Assembly: GCA_965200875.1 (NCBI GenBank)
Contig: OZ241456.1
Coordinates: 640,001-704,000, forward strand
Source of the DNA: Bdellovibrionales bacterium
GTDB lineage: Bacteria > Bdellovibrionota > Bdellovibrionia > Bdellovibrionales > UBA1609
Direction: 5' to 3'
Length of the DNA: 64,000 bases
Shown: piece by piece, positions 9,729-20,066 of the stretch
How the letters are laid out: each line of letters starts with the position of its first letter
How positions within the stretch are numbered: position 1 is the first letter of the stretch
Translations under genes and position numbers: made by a program
Notes under the pieces: model-generated
Told to the model about the DNA's origin: nothing
The model's database searches: none
The model's input: the letters and a program-made list of their open reading frames with translations, nothing else

Positions 9729-10730
9729 ATGAAAATAAACAATAAAGGAACAAGCCTTGTCGAGCTTTTAGTTATGATCACGATTGCTGGTATTGCTGTT
9801 TCTGGTCTTTTAAAAACCTCACAACAAGCCCTTAAGACTACTCAAATAATAGAAGAGTCAAAGAAACCAAAAATGGAATTAAAAGAAAGTGTCTATAAAA
9901 TCTTAAGTAATAATTGTCCAGGTACGGTCGCCTTCACAAACCTTTCCTCTATTAGTGACGACAGTTCGAGGGTTAAAATACTACAATACAAAACTGGTAA
10001 GGAGCTTTTTAAATTTGATCCAGATAGTAATAAAAACAAAACAAAGTTTGGAAAATATATCGAGGTTGTGGATATGAGACTAACAGATACACAGACATTT
10101 TATTTATATTATAAATATACTGATAAGGCTCAAACTTTGGGAGATCAAAAAACAAGGAATAACAAGGAATGTACAAAAACAAATTTAATAGGATGTTACC
10201 ACCTTTCCTGTGAAATGGATATACATTACAATAATAACTGTACAGATGATATAACTACTTGTCAATTAGAAAGTTGTAAGACTATAAATTGTGGTATTAC
10301 GGATGACATACGAAATAAACCATGCCCAACAGGTAAAGTCTTAGTGTCCTTTACAGGTGATGACGATGTTGATTGCGTTGGTTGTCCTGAGAATCAAGTT
10401 TTAATGGGAATAAAAACAAAAACAGATGGATCAAAAATACCTGAATGTTTACAAACCAAAAAATGCAGTACAGGTTATTTTGCAGTTGGTACAAAGATAA
10501 AAGCGACAAAAAGTAATGTTATAGAATATGAATTTGATTGTCAAGAAATCGCATGTGGGGAAGGAAATCATAGAGTATTAAAGAATGGCAATATGGAATG
10601 TATAAAAATCTGTCATGGTGGTCAAATACCAAAAGAAGATCCTAACGATTCTGATAAAGAAATATGTGATTGCCCTGCCGGTAAAAGCCAGGATGAACAA
10701 GGTAATTGTGTAGATAATCCCACACCATGA
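9729..10730 (+). CDS. pilin/pseudopilin-like protein with a Cys-rich C-terminus
   Basis: MKINNKG|TSLVELLVMITI prepilin motif; CPxG-type Cys repeats. Confidence 0.8.
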   Translation: MKINNKGTSLVELLVMITIAGIAVSGLLKTSQQALKTTQIIEESKKPKMELKESVYKILSNNCPGTVAFTNLSSISDDSSRVKILQYKTGKELFKFDPDSNKNKTKFGKYIEVVDMRLTDTQTFYLYYKYTDKAQTLGDQKTRNNKECTKTNLIGCYHLSCEMDIHYNNNCTDDITTCQLESCKTINCGITDDIRNKPCPTGKVLVSFTGDDDVDCVGCPENQVLMGIKTKTDGSKIPECLQTKKCSTGYFAVGTKIKATKSNVIEYEFDCQEIACGEGNHRVLKNGNMECIKICHGGQIPKEDPNDSDKEICDCPAGKSQDEQGNCVDNPTP

Positions 10731-10761
10731 AGCAATCCACCTTTTACTTTTAAAGGTAAGT

Positions 10762-12948
10762 ATGAAAAATAATTCTGGATTTTATTTTATAGGTACACTA
10801 ACTTTTGCCCTTGGTAGTCTTACAATTATCATAGGTTCTTTAAAATTAAATTCAGTCGCACTGAATACAATAGATGTTCAAAACACAGAATTTTCAGAAG
10901 AGATTTTAAAAGAAACAGTTAAAAGGATTCTATCAAAAGATAAAAATGTTTGCACATACTATTTAACAGAAACCACCGGGCCGGAAGGTATTACAAACCT
11001 AAAAATTAAGCTGGAGGACACAAACAGCCCGCCAATTCTGTCGACTGGAGCTTTTAAGAATGAGGATTTTATAAATGTTGTGAATATGGATATCAAAGAT
11101 AAAATATCTCCTGACCCAGAAAACCAAAACATAGTGGAAAGAAAGAAAATATTTTATTTACGATACAGTAAACCTGCTTTGGAAGATAAAGAGACAATAG
11201 GAGAAGAGGAATGTAAAAATGAACCAGGTAATAAAGACTTAAGCGGATGTTATTATCTTTCCTGTGAAATAACCTATACATGCAAGACTGCTGATGACTG
11301 TGATAATGACAAAAACAATGTAGAAAATTGCTATGTTGATAAGTGTAGTATTTTAGGCAAAGAGGATAATCAAACAAGTCAACAAGATTGTGCTCCTGAT
11401 CAAGTCCGTACAGGCACAAAGTCTACTGATTGTGTTCCTCTCCCTTCCATAATTTTTCAACCTGATAATATTCAAAAAACAAATACAGAAAATAACAACC
11501 TTATGGGGGTTGTCGGACTTTCAATAATTCAAGATGAAAACACTGTGCAAATAGACACTGTACAATTAGCCACAGAGTGCCCTGACGGAAAATATCCTGT
11601 AATGAAACAAAATGGAGAAGTTGAGTGTCAGTTTCTATGTGCCGGAGAAAGCAGATTTAATCGAGAAACAGAACTCTGTGAATGCCCAAACCAATCTGAG
11701 CCATATTACAGAAACGGACGATGTATCCAATGCCCGGAAAACACAACCTGGAATAACAATGAAAGAAGCTGTGACTGCGAAGGTGGAAAAATATGGAATT
11801 TCACCAGTAATCAGTGTGAATGTCCTCCATATAAGCCAAAAAGCATATTATCGGAAGAAAATGGTGTTGAGATTGTTAAATGTGTTAAGACATGCCCTTA
11901 CCAATCAGCTGATGGTGGAAACCAGTGTGTATGTTTCGGGTCTAATCCTCCCCGCAGGGATGATCTTTATTACTGGCGGGCTTATGAGAAAATGGTATCT
12001 GGGGAATTGGTTTTTGGTTGTCACACATGCGCACCAAATCAGCATTACATAGGGTATGGAGGGCCAATTCATGGTTGCTCTGACTGTCCCAGGGGGCAAT
12101 ATCACCATAACGGAGGATGTCACTCTTGCTCCAGTAGTAGGTACTATAACGGGCGATGTAACAGATGTCGCCGTGGTCGACATTACTATAATAGCAGATG
12201 TCACCGATGCCCCCAAGGCCAACATGAGTACGCAGGTGGATGTCACCAATGCCCCCGTGGCCAACATTACTATAACAGCAGATGTAACCGATGCCCCAGT
12301 CACAAACCACATTACTATTCTTGGACCTTAAAATGTCACCGATGCCCCTATGGACAACATTACTATAACAACAGATGTAACAGATGCCCCATAGGCCAAC
12401 AATATGAGTACGAAGGGAGATGTAACCGATGCCCCCAAGGCCAACAGTACTACTATGACAGAATATGTCGCCGATGCCCCCCTAGCCAACATTACTATAA
12501 CAACAGATGTAACAGATGCCCACAGGGCCAACATTACTATTACTTGAGATGTAACAGATGCCCCATAGGCTATTACTACTATTACGGGCGATGTAACAGA
12601 TGCCCCCGTAACCAATATGAGTACAATAACGCGTGTCACTTATGCCCACAGGGCCAACATTGGAATAAATGGCGATGTATCAGATGCCCACAGGGCCACT
12701 ATTGGTATAACAACCAATGTAACCAATGTGCTGAAGGCCTAGTTTTATATAATGGCACTTGTCATAGTTGCCAATACTATAACATGATCCCTTTCCGTGG
12801 AAGGTGTTGTCGAGCAGAATATGTTAGGCAAGGTTCTTGTTGCCCATACAACTTTCCACATGAACGAGGACTTCATCAATGTTGCGGTAGACATAAAAGC
12901 GGACTGTTCAAGTTATTTACAAAATGGAAGTGCAAAAAATATGATTAA
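10762..12948 (+). CDS. large pilin-like Cys-rich repeat protein (putative adhesin)
   Basis: Degenerate prepilin N-terminus MKNNSG|FYFIG, a domain homologous to the upstream gene (FYL.Y...GCY.LSCE), and tandem CxxC repeats. Confidence 0.7.
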   Translation: MKNNSGFYFIGTLTFALGSLTIIIGSLKLNSVALNTIDVQNTEFSEEILKETVKRILSKDKNVCTYYLTETTGPEGITNLKIKLEDTNSPPILSTGAFKNEDFINVVNMDIKDKISPDPENQNIVERKKIFYLRYSKPALEDKETIGEEECKNEPGNKDLSGCYYLSCEITYTCKTADDCDNDKNNVENCYVDKCSILGKEDNQTSQQDCAPDQVRTGTKSTDCVPLPSIIFQPDNIQKTNTENNNLMGVVGLSIIQDENTVQIDTVQLATECPDGKYPVMKQNGEVECQFLCAGESRFNRETELCECPNQSEPYYRNGRCIQCPENTTWNNNERSCDCEGGKIWNFTSNQCECPPYKPKSILSEENGVEIVKCVKTCPYQSADGGNQCVCFGSNPPRRDDLYYWRAYEKMVSGELVFGCHTCAPNQHYIGYGGPIHGCSDCPRGQYHHNGGCHSCSSSRYYNGRCNRCRRGRHYYNSRCHRCPQGQHEYAGGCHQCPRGQHYYNSRCNRCPSHKPHYYSWTLKCHRCPYGQHYYNNRCNRCPIGQQYEYEGRCNRCPQGQQYYYDRICRRCPPSQHYYNNRCNRCPQGQHYYYLRCNRCPIGYYYYYGRCNRCPRNQYEYNNACHLCPQGQHWNKWRCIRCPQGHYWYNNQCNQCAEGLVLYNGTCHSCQYYNMIPFRGRCCRAEYVRQGSCCPYNFPHERGLHQCCGRHKSGLFKLFTKWKCKKYD
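12019..12810 (+). repeat. about 18 imperfect tandem repeats, mostly 42-45 bp, encoding C[HN]RCPxGQHYYNxR
   Basis: cattactataacaacagatgtaacagatgccc recurs with variants. Confidence 0.9.
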
Positions 12949-13276
12949 CATAGCCATTACAAAGATAATTCACTTTTGAAGATAAAGCATTAAGACAATG
13001 CCAAAGAGAACAAAGACAGTTAAAGCCAATTCCCGCTTTCACCTAATGAGCACTTTTTCGCGGGTGAGTACCTAGGCCACCATCTTAACACATATCGTTA
13101 TAAATTATCCACCCGATTATTTTGAGAACTTTCAATTTTAGGAAAAAAAGGCTGTTTCAGAGTCGATCTATTCTCCAATGCTAAGAAATATTTGTAAGAA
13201 GAGTAAATTTGGAATAAAAGAAAAACTGTAAGAAGCCAAAAATAGCACAAAGAGCAGTGCATGGAAAAGAGGGAAA

Positions 13277-13906
13277 ATGGCATTTATTGTTTTTGAAGGT
13301 TTGGATCATTCTGGAAAAAGCACCTTGATTAAATCTTTATCCAAGGAGCTACAGAAAAAAGATGTGGATTTTAAATTAACCCGCGAACCCGGTGGCACTT
13401 CTTTAGGGGAGCAAATCAGGGAAGTGGTTTTAAACCCATATAGTGAGTCTATCTCTCCTGAGACGGAGATTTTGCTTATTTCCGCCAGTCGCAGAGATCA
13501 TATTGAAAAAGTTATCGCGCCGGAGTTGTCAGCAGGGAAATGGGTGATTTGTGATCGCTTCTGGCCCAGCACTTCCGCTTTTCAGGGAGCTGGTAGGGGA
13601 CTGCCGGCGGAAAAGGTGGAATGGATTAATAAATTTACTGTCGCTGATGATTTAACTCCAGATCTATGGGTATTATTGGATATGCCCGTGGCGGAAAAAG
13701 AAAGAAGAAGTCATGTTAAAGGGCATTCTGCCGATCGTTTTGAAATACAGGACAGGCATTTTCACCAAAGGGTAAGGGAATACTATCTTAAATTAGCCGA
13801 GATGGATAAGGATCGCTGGATTATTTTAAATGCTCTTCTTTCTCCTGAAGAATTGACTGAATTAACATTATCGGAGTTAAAAAAACGAAAATGGCTCAGT
13901 TCCTGA
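13277..13906 (+). CDS. tmk: thymidylate kinase
   Basis: FIVFEGLDHSGKST, TREPGGT, VICDRF. Confidence 0.95.
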   Translation: MAFIVFEGLDHSGKSTLIKSLSKELQKKDVDFKLTREPGGTSLGEQIREVVLNPYSESISPETEILLISASRRDHIEKVIAPELSAGKWVICDRFWPSTSAFQGAGRGLPAEKVEWINKFTVADDLTPDLWVLLDMPVAEKERRSHVKGHSADRFEIQDRHFHQRVREYYLKLAEMDKDRWIILNALLSPEELTELTLSELKKRKWLSS

Positions 13907-14892
13907 AAAATATTTATGGTCACAACATTCCACGAAAAAAGCTTTTTTTTGCTATAAAGAACAAGCATTTGCCCCATGCCATGCTCTTTTCAGGACCTTC
14001 TGGTGTCGGCAAAAAAAAGACAGCTTTTGCTTTGGCGCAGACATTGATTTGCGAAAGACAGTCGCAGGTGGAACACACAGCTTGCGGGGAATGTTTTTCC
14101 TGTATGGCTTTGGAGAAAGGCAAAAGTCAGCATATATTATTTATTCAGCCAGAGGGTTTACATATAAAAGTGGATTCTGTGCGACAGATATGGAAATATT
14201 TGTCTTTGCAAAGTTTTGCACCAGCCCGGGTGATTATTATTGATTGTGCCCATCAAATGAACCTTCAGTCTGCCAACAGTCTTTTAAAAATTTTGGAAGA
14301 GCCTCCTCCAAATGTATATTTTATTTTGATTTCTTCTCTTATGTCCTCTTTGCCTGTAACTGTTCGGTCTCGTTTGCAAGTATTGCGTTTTCTACCTCTT
14401 CAGCCAGAAGATTTGCATAAAATTTTAAAGGAGACTCAGACCGACATGTCCTTTTTTGATTCAGAAAATCAATGGATGATAAAGGCTGTTCAGGGCAGTT
14501 TGGATAATTTTGAAAAATGGATGGCAAACAGAGAGCTAAGAGTTCAGGCTTTTAAATTATTGGGAAAAACTCTACGGAGGGAGGGGCTTTGTTCTTTGGG
14601 AGAATTGGCAGATTTGATTAGACAAAGGGATCAAGCATTGTTTGTATGTCTTTGTTGGCAACAAATATTGAGGGACGCCTTTATGATGAAATTTAACTTT
14701 GAAAATGAGGTTATTCATCAGGATCAAAGAGAGCTGTTAAAGACATTGCAGGTGATTTCCCCTGAGAATTTAATTTTGTTTTTTCAAAAAACCATCCAGA
14801 TGGAGTGGGATTTGAAAAAGTATGTGGATCCGGCTTTAGTTTTTGACAATTTACTAATTTCAGCAAATGATTTTTTTAATTTTGGAGAATGA
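13891..14892 (+). CDS. holB: DNA polymerase III delta-prime subunit
   Basis: HAMLFSGPSGVGK, zinc motif C...CGECFSC, ANSLLKILEEPP, TVRSR; located between tmk and tatD. Confidence 0.92.
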   Translation: MAQFLKNIYGHNIPRKKLFFAIKNKHLPHAMLFSGPSGVGKKKTAFALAQTLICERQSQVEHTACGECFSCMALEKGKSQHILFIQPEGLHIKVDSVRQIWKYLSLQSFAPARVIIIDCAHQMNLQSANSLLKILEEPPPNVYFILISSLMSSLPVTVRSRLQVLRFLPLQPEDLHKILKETQTDMSFFDSENQWMIKAVQGSLDNFEKWMANRELRVQAFKLLGKTLRREGLCSLGELADLIRQRDQALFVCLCWQQILRDAFMMKFNFENEVIHQDQRELLKTLQVISPENLILFFQKTIQMEWDLKKYVDPALVFDNLLISANDFFNFGE

Positions 14893-15698
14893 GGTACTTT
14901 ATAATGCTGGACTCTGAACTTCAGGAAATCACTAAAAAACAAAACTGGACGGATGTGCATACGCATTTGAATATGTTGGATATTCCAGCGGAATCAGCGG
15001 TGCAGGAAGCCGATTTAGCGGGCGTAAAAAATATAATTACTATTGGCACGGAACCGGAAGATTGGGGGAAGGTGTTGGAATTTTCTAAAACTTTTCAACA
15101 GGTGAAGGGAGCTTTGGGCATGCACCCTCATTCTGCTAAACTGTATAATGATTCTGTGGAAGAGGTCTTAAAGGAAAAACTGTCAGCAGAGGATATTATT
15201 GCCTGTGGGGAAATAGGTTTGGACTATTATTATGAATATTCAGACAGAGAAAAACAAAAAGAGGTCTTTTACAGGCAAATGGTTTTAGCCCAAGAAAAAA
15301 ACCTGCCTGTGGAAATTCATACCCGATCTGCTGAAGAAGACACTATTTCTATGTTAAAAACATTTAGCGGTTCTGTGAGAGGGCTACTGCATTGTTTTTC
15401 AGGTTCCTGGGAATTGGCACGAACAGCTTTGGACTTGGGTTTTAATATTTCCTTTAGTGGTATTGTTACTTTTAAAAAAGCACAGGATCTGAGGGAAGTT
15501 TGCCAAAGGATTCCTCTGGATCGCCTGCATTTGGAAACAGACGCGCCTTATTTAAGTCCTGTTCCACACAGAGGAAAACAAAACAAACCGGCTTGGTTGA
15601 CACATACAGCAGAGGTAGTGGCGGACTTACATAAAGTGTCGCTTTTGGAGTTGTCTCAAAAAACCTGGAATAACTATAGGAATCTTTTTTTTCTTTAA
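14889..15698 (+). CDS. tatD: TatD family hydrolase
   Basis: DVHTH, GMHPH, GEIGLDY, LHCFSG and LETDAPY motifs. Confidence 0.93.
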   Translation: MRYFIMLDSELQEITKKQNWTDVHTHLNMLDIPAESAVQEADLAGVKNIITIGTEPEDWGKVLEFSKTFQQVKGALGMHPHSAKLYNDSVEEVLKEKLSAEDIIACGEIGLDYYYEYSDREKQKEVFYRQMVLAQEKNLPVEIHTRSAEEDTISMLKTFSGSVRGLLHCFSGSWELARTALDLGFNISFSGIVTFKKAQDLREVCQRIPLDRLHLETDAPYLSPVPHRGKQNKPAWLTHTAEVVADLHKVSLLELSQKTWNNYRNLFFL

Positions 15699-15838
15699 AG
15701 CTGTATAGCTTTGTTTATCTGCGACTTCTGCACCAAGCAAGGTGTAATGACATGGAAAATTTTACAATATATTAAAAATGAGATTGATTTAATGAAAATG
15801 AGTTTATACAATCAAATCTTTTAAAGAAAACAAAGGAT

Positions 15839-16948
15839 ATGTTCTTGACCCCCAAAATTTTGTTATTTTTGATAATATTTTTATTTTCCGCCGGATGTTC
15901 AGATTCAAACCTAGCGGAAACGGGTGATAAATCTTATGCACCTTATTTTTGGAAAGTGGAAAAAAATAAAAAAACCTCTTATTTGCTGGGAACAATACAT
16001 GAAGGAGTTACTGTTGAACATTTATCGTGCTCAAAAAAGATAAAATCTTACTTGGAAGAAAGTGATTATTTCTTTACTGAAGTGTACCTTGAGCCAAATA
16101 ATAAAGGTAATGCCAGCCAGTGGGGTAATGATTTCTCCAAGGCAACATATCTTGAACTAAACGACCAAAGTAATACTACCAAAGGAAGTAATAATTTCTC
16201 TTGGATAGCGTATCGTGAATCCAAAAACCTAGGTGATGATGATAATCCGCCGGACAAGCAGGCAAATGGGCGAGATACAAATGGGCGAGATACAAATGGG
16301 CAAGAGAATCAAGAGAGGATAGATTTCACTAAAGCAATGTTGTCTAAGGAGAATGGTCGTGAATTTAAATCACTTAGTGAAGAGAGTAAAATTTTTTTAA
16401 GAAGCAGGGATATTCCTGAAAATTTAAATTATTCGGGTTATTTCTTTACAGTACTGTTCTTATGCGACCAGTCAGCTGTTTTTCGGGCTGGCGGGGAAGG
16501 GGTCTCTTTGGATTTGCAACTTAAGGCGATGGCGCAATCAAAAGGTATGCCTATAGAGTATTTGGATGCTGGTATTGATACTGAGCGTATAGACCAGATG
16601 TTTGTGTCAATAACTGTGTCAGCACTTGGGGGGGAAGTGGATAATCAGGTTGTGGATAAGCAGATCTTGAACTTTGAAAAATGTGTTGCCGATCAAATGG
16701 TTTCGTTTAATCAGTATAAAACTGGTGATATATCAGTTATAAGTGGACTATCTCTTGACGAACAAGAGATTATATTGAAAGAACGCAATTTAATATGGTT
16801 GGATAAGCTGAAAGAATCTCGTCAAAAATATAATCATGTTTTTCTGGCTGGTGGAGTCGGACATTTTATATGGGAGTTCAATATACTGGATATGTTAAGA
16901 AACGAGGGTTTTTCTGTTCATCGTATGAATTCTTCCTGTAGCTTTTAA
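15839..16948 (+). CDS. TraB/GumN family lipoprotein
   Basis: Lipobox FSAGC; FWKV...SYLLGTIH, ERN..W and AGGVGH motifs. Confidence 0.8.
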   Translation: MFLTPKILLFLIIFLFSAGCSDSNLAETGDKSYAPYFWKVEKNKKTSYLLGTIHEGVTVEHLSCSKKIKSYLEESDYFFTEVYLEPNNKGNASQWGNDFSKATYLELNDQSNTTKGSNNFSWIAYRESKNLGDDDNPPDKQANGRDTNGRDTNGQENQERIDFTKAMLSKENGREFKSLSEESKIFLRSRDIPENLNYSGYFFTVLFLCDQSAVFRAGGEGVSLDLQLKAMAQSKGMPIEYLDAGIDTERIDQMFVSITVSALGGEVDNQVVDKQILNFEKCVADQMVSFNQYKTGDISVISGLSLDEQEIILKERNLIWLDKLKESRQKYNHVFLAGGVGHFIWEFNILDMLRNEGFSVHRMNSSCSF

Positions 16949-17037
16949 CTTTATTCGGCGACTAGGTTTTTCAGGATTGTTGCTCTCTAAAGTAAAATCA
17001 CTTGACTTATAGCACTTTTGAGGTTTTAGAAAATACT

Positions 17038-18033
17038 ATGTCCAAAGTTATATTGACGGGAATCAAACCTACAGGAACGCCTCATTTGGGAAACTATGTG
17101 GGTGCTATTCAACCGTCTCTTGAGTTAACGAATAATGCTTCTGTGGAAAGCTATCTCTTTGTAGCGGATTATCATTCTTTGACCACTGTTCATGATAATC
17201 AGGTTTTAAGTAAAATGATTCATCAGGTGTCTTCAGCTTGGCTGGCCTGTGGTTTGGATCCAGAAAAAACAGTGGTATATCGTCAATCTGATATTCCTGA
17301 ATTATTTGAATTGAATTGGATTTTATCTTGTGTGACTCCAAAAGGTTTAATGAACAGAGGACATTCCTATAAAGCTTTAGTGCAGGCAAACCGCCAAGCA
17401 GGGAGGAAAAATCAGGAGAGCGGTGTCAATATGGGGATCTATAATTATCCGGTATTGATGTCGGCAGATATTTTGCTTTTTTCCGCAGATGAAGTACCAG
17501 TGAGTGAAGATCAGGCACAACATCTGGAAATAACCAGAGACATAGCTCTTAAGTTTAACCATATATTTAAAACAGATTTGCTAAAACTTCCAAAAACTTT
17601 GATAAAAACAAAACTTCTGCCAGGTTTGGATGGGGAAAAAATGAGCAAAAGTAAAGGAAATCATATTCCTCTTTTTTGTTCTTCAAAAAGCCTCCGAAAA
17701 ATCATTATGAAGATCAAGACAGATTCCTCCGCTCCTGAAGAACCTAAAGATCCAGAAAGCTCTATTTTGTTTTCCTTATACAAAGCTTTTGCCTCGAAAG
17801 AGCAAACGGAAGAACTGGCTGATAAATATCAAAATGGAATCGGCTGGGGAGAGGTAAAAAATCTTCTTTATCAGCTACTGGAAGAGCGTTTTTCGGAAAA
17901 AAGAAAAGTGTATGAATCCTTACTGGCGGATCCAAAAAAAGTCAATGCGATTTTAAAAGAAGGTGCAGAAAAAGCCCGGGAAAAAGCAAAAACTCTTATG
18001 CCAAAAATCAGATCCGCTATCGGTATAAAATAA
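17038..18033 (+). CDS. trpS: tryptophan--tRNA ligase
   Basis: TGIKPTGTPHLGNY (HIGH-like), YPVLMSADIL, KMSKS. Confidence 0.95.
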   Translation: MSKVILTGIKPTGTPHLGNYVGAIQPSLELTNNASVESYLFVADYHSLTTVHDNQVLSKMIHQVSSAWLACGLDPEKTVVYRQSDIPELFELNWILSCVTPKGLMNRGHSYKALVQANRQAGRKNQESGVNMGIYNYPVLMSADILLFSADEVPVSEDQAQHLEITRDIALKFNHIFKTDLLKLPKTLIKTKLLPGLDGEKMSKSKGNHIPLFCSSKSLRKIIMKIKTDSSAPEEPKDPESSILFSLYKAFASKEQTEELADKYQNGIGWGEVKNLLYQLLEERFSEKRKVYESLLADPKKVNAILKEGAEKAREKAKTLMPKIRSAIGIK

Positions 18034-18103
18034 AACCTTTCTTCAACAGAATTATATTGAGGTGGGGGAGTGAATATTGTTGTTATTGCTTTTTTAAAAA
18101 AAA

Positions 18104-19681
18104 TCAGTTTTTTTTGTTTTCCGAAAGACGAAAATAGGTTTTGTTTGTTTCCCAAGTTGTGCCTGTAGGAGAGTCTTTAACTTCGATATTCATTTTTATA
18201 AGCTTACTTCTTATTTCATCTGCTTTTTTAAAATTGTTATTTTTACGGGCCAGCTCTCTTTCCATTATCAATTTATTAATTTCCTTTCGATTGATATTAT
18301 TCTTTTTCAAAAAAATGTTATCCATTTCTTTTAAAAATAAATTTGGTGGTTCTTGAAAGAGGCTCATTATTTTTCCATAGTCAGTAATGATTTCCTTGAT
18401 ATGTTTGGCGTATAAAGCTAATTCCTGTTGAGTGTATTTAGAGTGATTTTTTTTTTCATTGAATTGGCGGATGAGTGTAAACATAACAGCGAGAGCTGAA
18501 GGGGTGTTTAAGTCATCATCAAAATGTATTTCTATATTTTTCCTAGCCGATTGAATTTCCTGTAAAAACTGTGTGTAATGCTTATTCTCTGTAATCTGTT
18601 TGATGATTGTGGAAAAATTTGAATATTTTTGGAATAAAATTTCAGCTGTTTGCAAAAAAATGTAAACTCTTGAAAGGGCTTGAATGCACTGTAAAATTTT
18701 ATTTTCTGAAACCTCTGTCATGGAGCGATAGTGTGCGGACAAAACGAGGTATTTAAAAATTTCCCCATTATATTCTTCTAGGAAAGCTCGCATAATGTTG
18801 ACATTGCCTGTGGATTTAGCCATTTTTTCGCCACCAAAGGTAAACATATTGTTATGCACCCAATATTTCACGAAAGGCCCTGATTTTGCTCCTTCTGCCT
18901 GTGCAAGCTCATTTTCATGATGAGGGAAGAGCAGATCAGATCCACCCCCATGAATGTCAATATTATTTCCCAAAAGGGAAAAAATCATGGTCGTGCATTC
19001 CAAGTGCCAGCCAGGTCGTCCTCTGCCCCAAGGAGAATCCCACCCTGGTTCTTCTTCCGGGCAGGATTTCCATAGTGCGAAATCTCTCAAATCTTTTTTT
19101 CTTTTATCCGCTTCCACACGGGTTTGCCATACAGCTTGATTTTCAGAATTAACATCTCCTGGTGTTGAGTTTTCTGAAGAATCAGGATTTTTTTTTTCTT
19201 TTTTCATCCGTTTACTGAGTTTTCCATAGTCGGAAAAATTTTTTACGGAATAAAATATATCTTTATCCACCAAGTATGCTTTTTCTTTTTGTAAAAGAGT
19301 TTTAATCAGCTGAATCATTTCTGGTATGAATTTTGTAGCTTGAGGATTATATTCATGTTTCTTTAATTTTAAGGATTGAAAATCTTTTTTAAACTCCTGT
19401 ATGTATGTATTCGCTATTTCTTCCATTGTTTTGTTTTCTTTTTGTGCTCGATTGAGAATTTTATCATCCACATCCGTGAAATTATAGGCATAAATAACCT
19501 TGTAGTTTTTGTGTTCTAGCCATTGTCGGAGCAAGTTGAAGACAACTGCTCCGCGAAAATTACCGATATGCAAGAGATCATACACAGTGGGGCCACAACA
19601 GTACATTTTCACGATGGGAGGATTCAGAGGTGTGAACACCTCTTTTTTTTGGTTTAAACTATTATAAATCAAAAAAGGCAT
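18104..19681 (-). CDS. cysS: cysteine--tRNA ligase
   Basis: CGPTVY..HIGN, DFALWK, GRPGWHLEC, DIHGGGSDLLFPHHENE, KMAKS. Confidence 0.96.
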   Translation of the reverse strand: MPFLIYNSLNQKKEVFTPLNPPIVKMYCCGPTVYDLLHIGNFRGAVVFNLLRQWLEHKNYKVIYAYNFTDVDDKILNRAQKENKTMEEIANTYIQEFKKDFQSLKLKKHEYNPQATKFIPEMIQLIKTLLQKEKAYLVDKDIFYSVKNFSDYGKLSKRMKKEKKNPDSSENSTPGDVNSENQAVWQTRVEADKRKKDLRDFALWKSCPEEEPGWDSPWGRGRPGWHLECTTMIFSLLGNNIDIHGGGSDLLFPHHENELAQAEGAKSGPFVKYWVHNNMFTFGGEKMAKSTGNVNIMRAFLEEYNGEIFKYLVLSAHYRSMTEVSENKILQCIQALSRVYIFLQTAEILFQKYSNFSTIIKQITENKHYTQFLQEIQSARKNIEIHFDDDLNTPSALAVMFTLIRQFNEKKNHSKYTQQELALYAKHIKEIITDYGKIMSLFQEPPNLFLKEMDNIFLKKNNINRKEINKLIMERELARKNNNFKKADEIRSKLIKMNIEVKDSPTGTTWETNKTYFRLSENKKN

Positions 19682-19696
19682 AATTTTTATAAATAG

Positions 19697-19921
19697 TTAG
19701 TTGTTTTGTGGGCCGTCGTTATGAATGGCTTCCACTGGGCAGGTCTCCATAGCTTCCTGACAAAGATTGTACTCTTCTTGGTTTTGGGGTTGTCGGCAAA
19801 CATAGGCCAGAGCTTTTTCTTCGTCTATTTTAAAATGTTTTTCCGCTATCAGGACACAGGCATCACAAGCTATACATTCTTCATCCACATGGAAGGTGTT
19901 TTTTTTATTTACTTCATTCAT
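19697..19921 (-). CDS. ferredoxin (single cluster)
   Basis: CIACDAC...CPVEAI. Confidence 0.88.
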   Translation of the reverse strand: MNEVNKKNTFHVDEECIACDACVLIAEKHFKIDEEKALAYVCRQPQNQEEYNLCQEAMETCPVEAIHNDGPQNN

Positions 19922-20066
19922 TATTGTAAAATATTTCCTTTGAACAGCTTGAAAAAATAATATACTTATTGAGAAATATTTGCAAGATTTTATAAAAAAA
20001 ACCGCTTGTTTTCTTGAAAACTTTTCATAAGATAACTATATCTTAACAATAATCTGAATAAAAAAA

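Noticed and set aside
11612..12639. Overlapping ORFs in other frames and on the other strand of the Cys-rich gene
   Set aside because: By-products of the tandem repeat, with no independent start signals.
12019..12810. Diversity-generating retroelement template/variable repeat (AAC/TAC-rich codons)
   Set aside because: Differences between units are not restricted to adenines, there is no separate non-coding template repeat, and no reverse transcriptase is in the window.
12019..12810. Multiheme cytochrome c
   Set aside because: Motifs are CxxCP and CHxC, not CxxCH.
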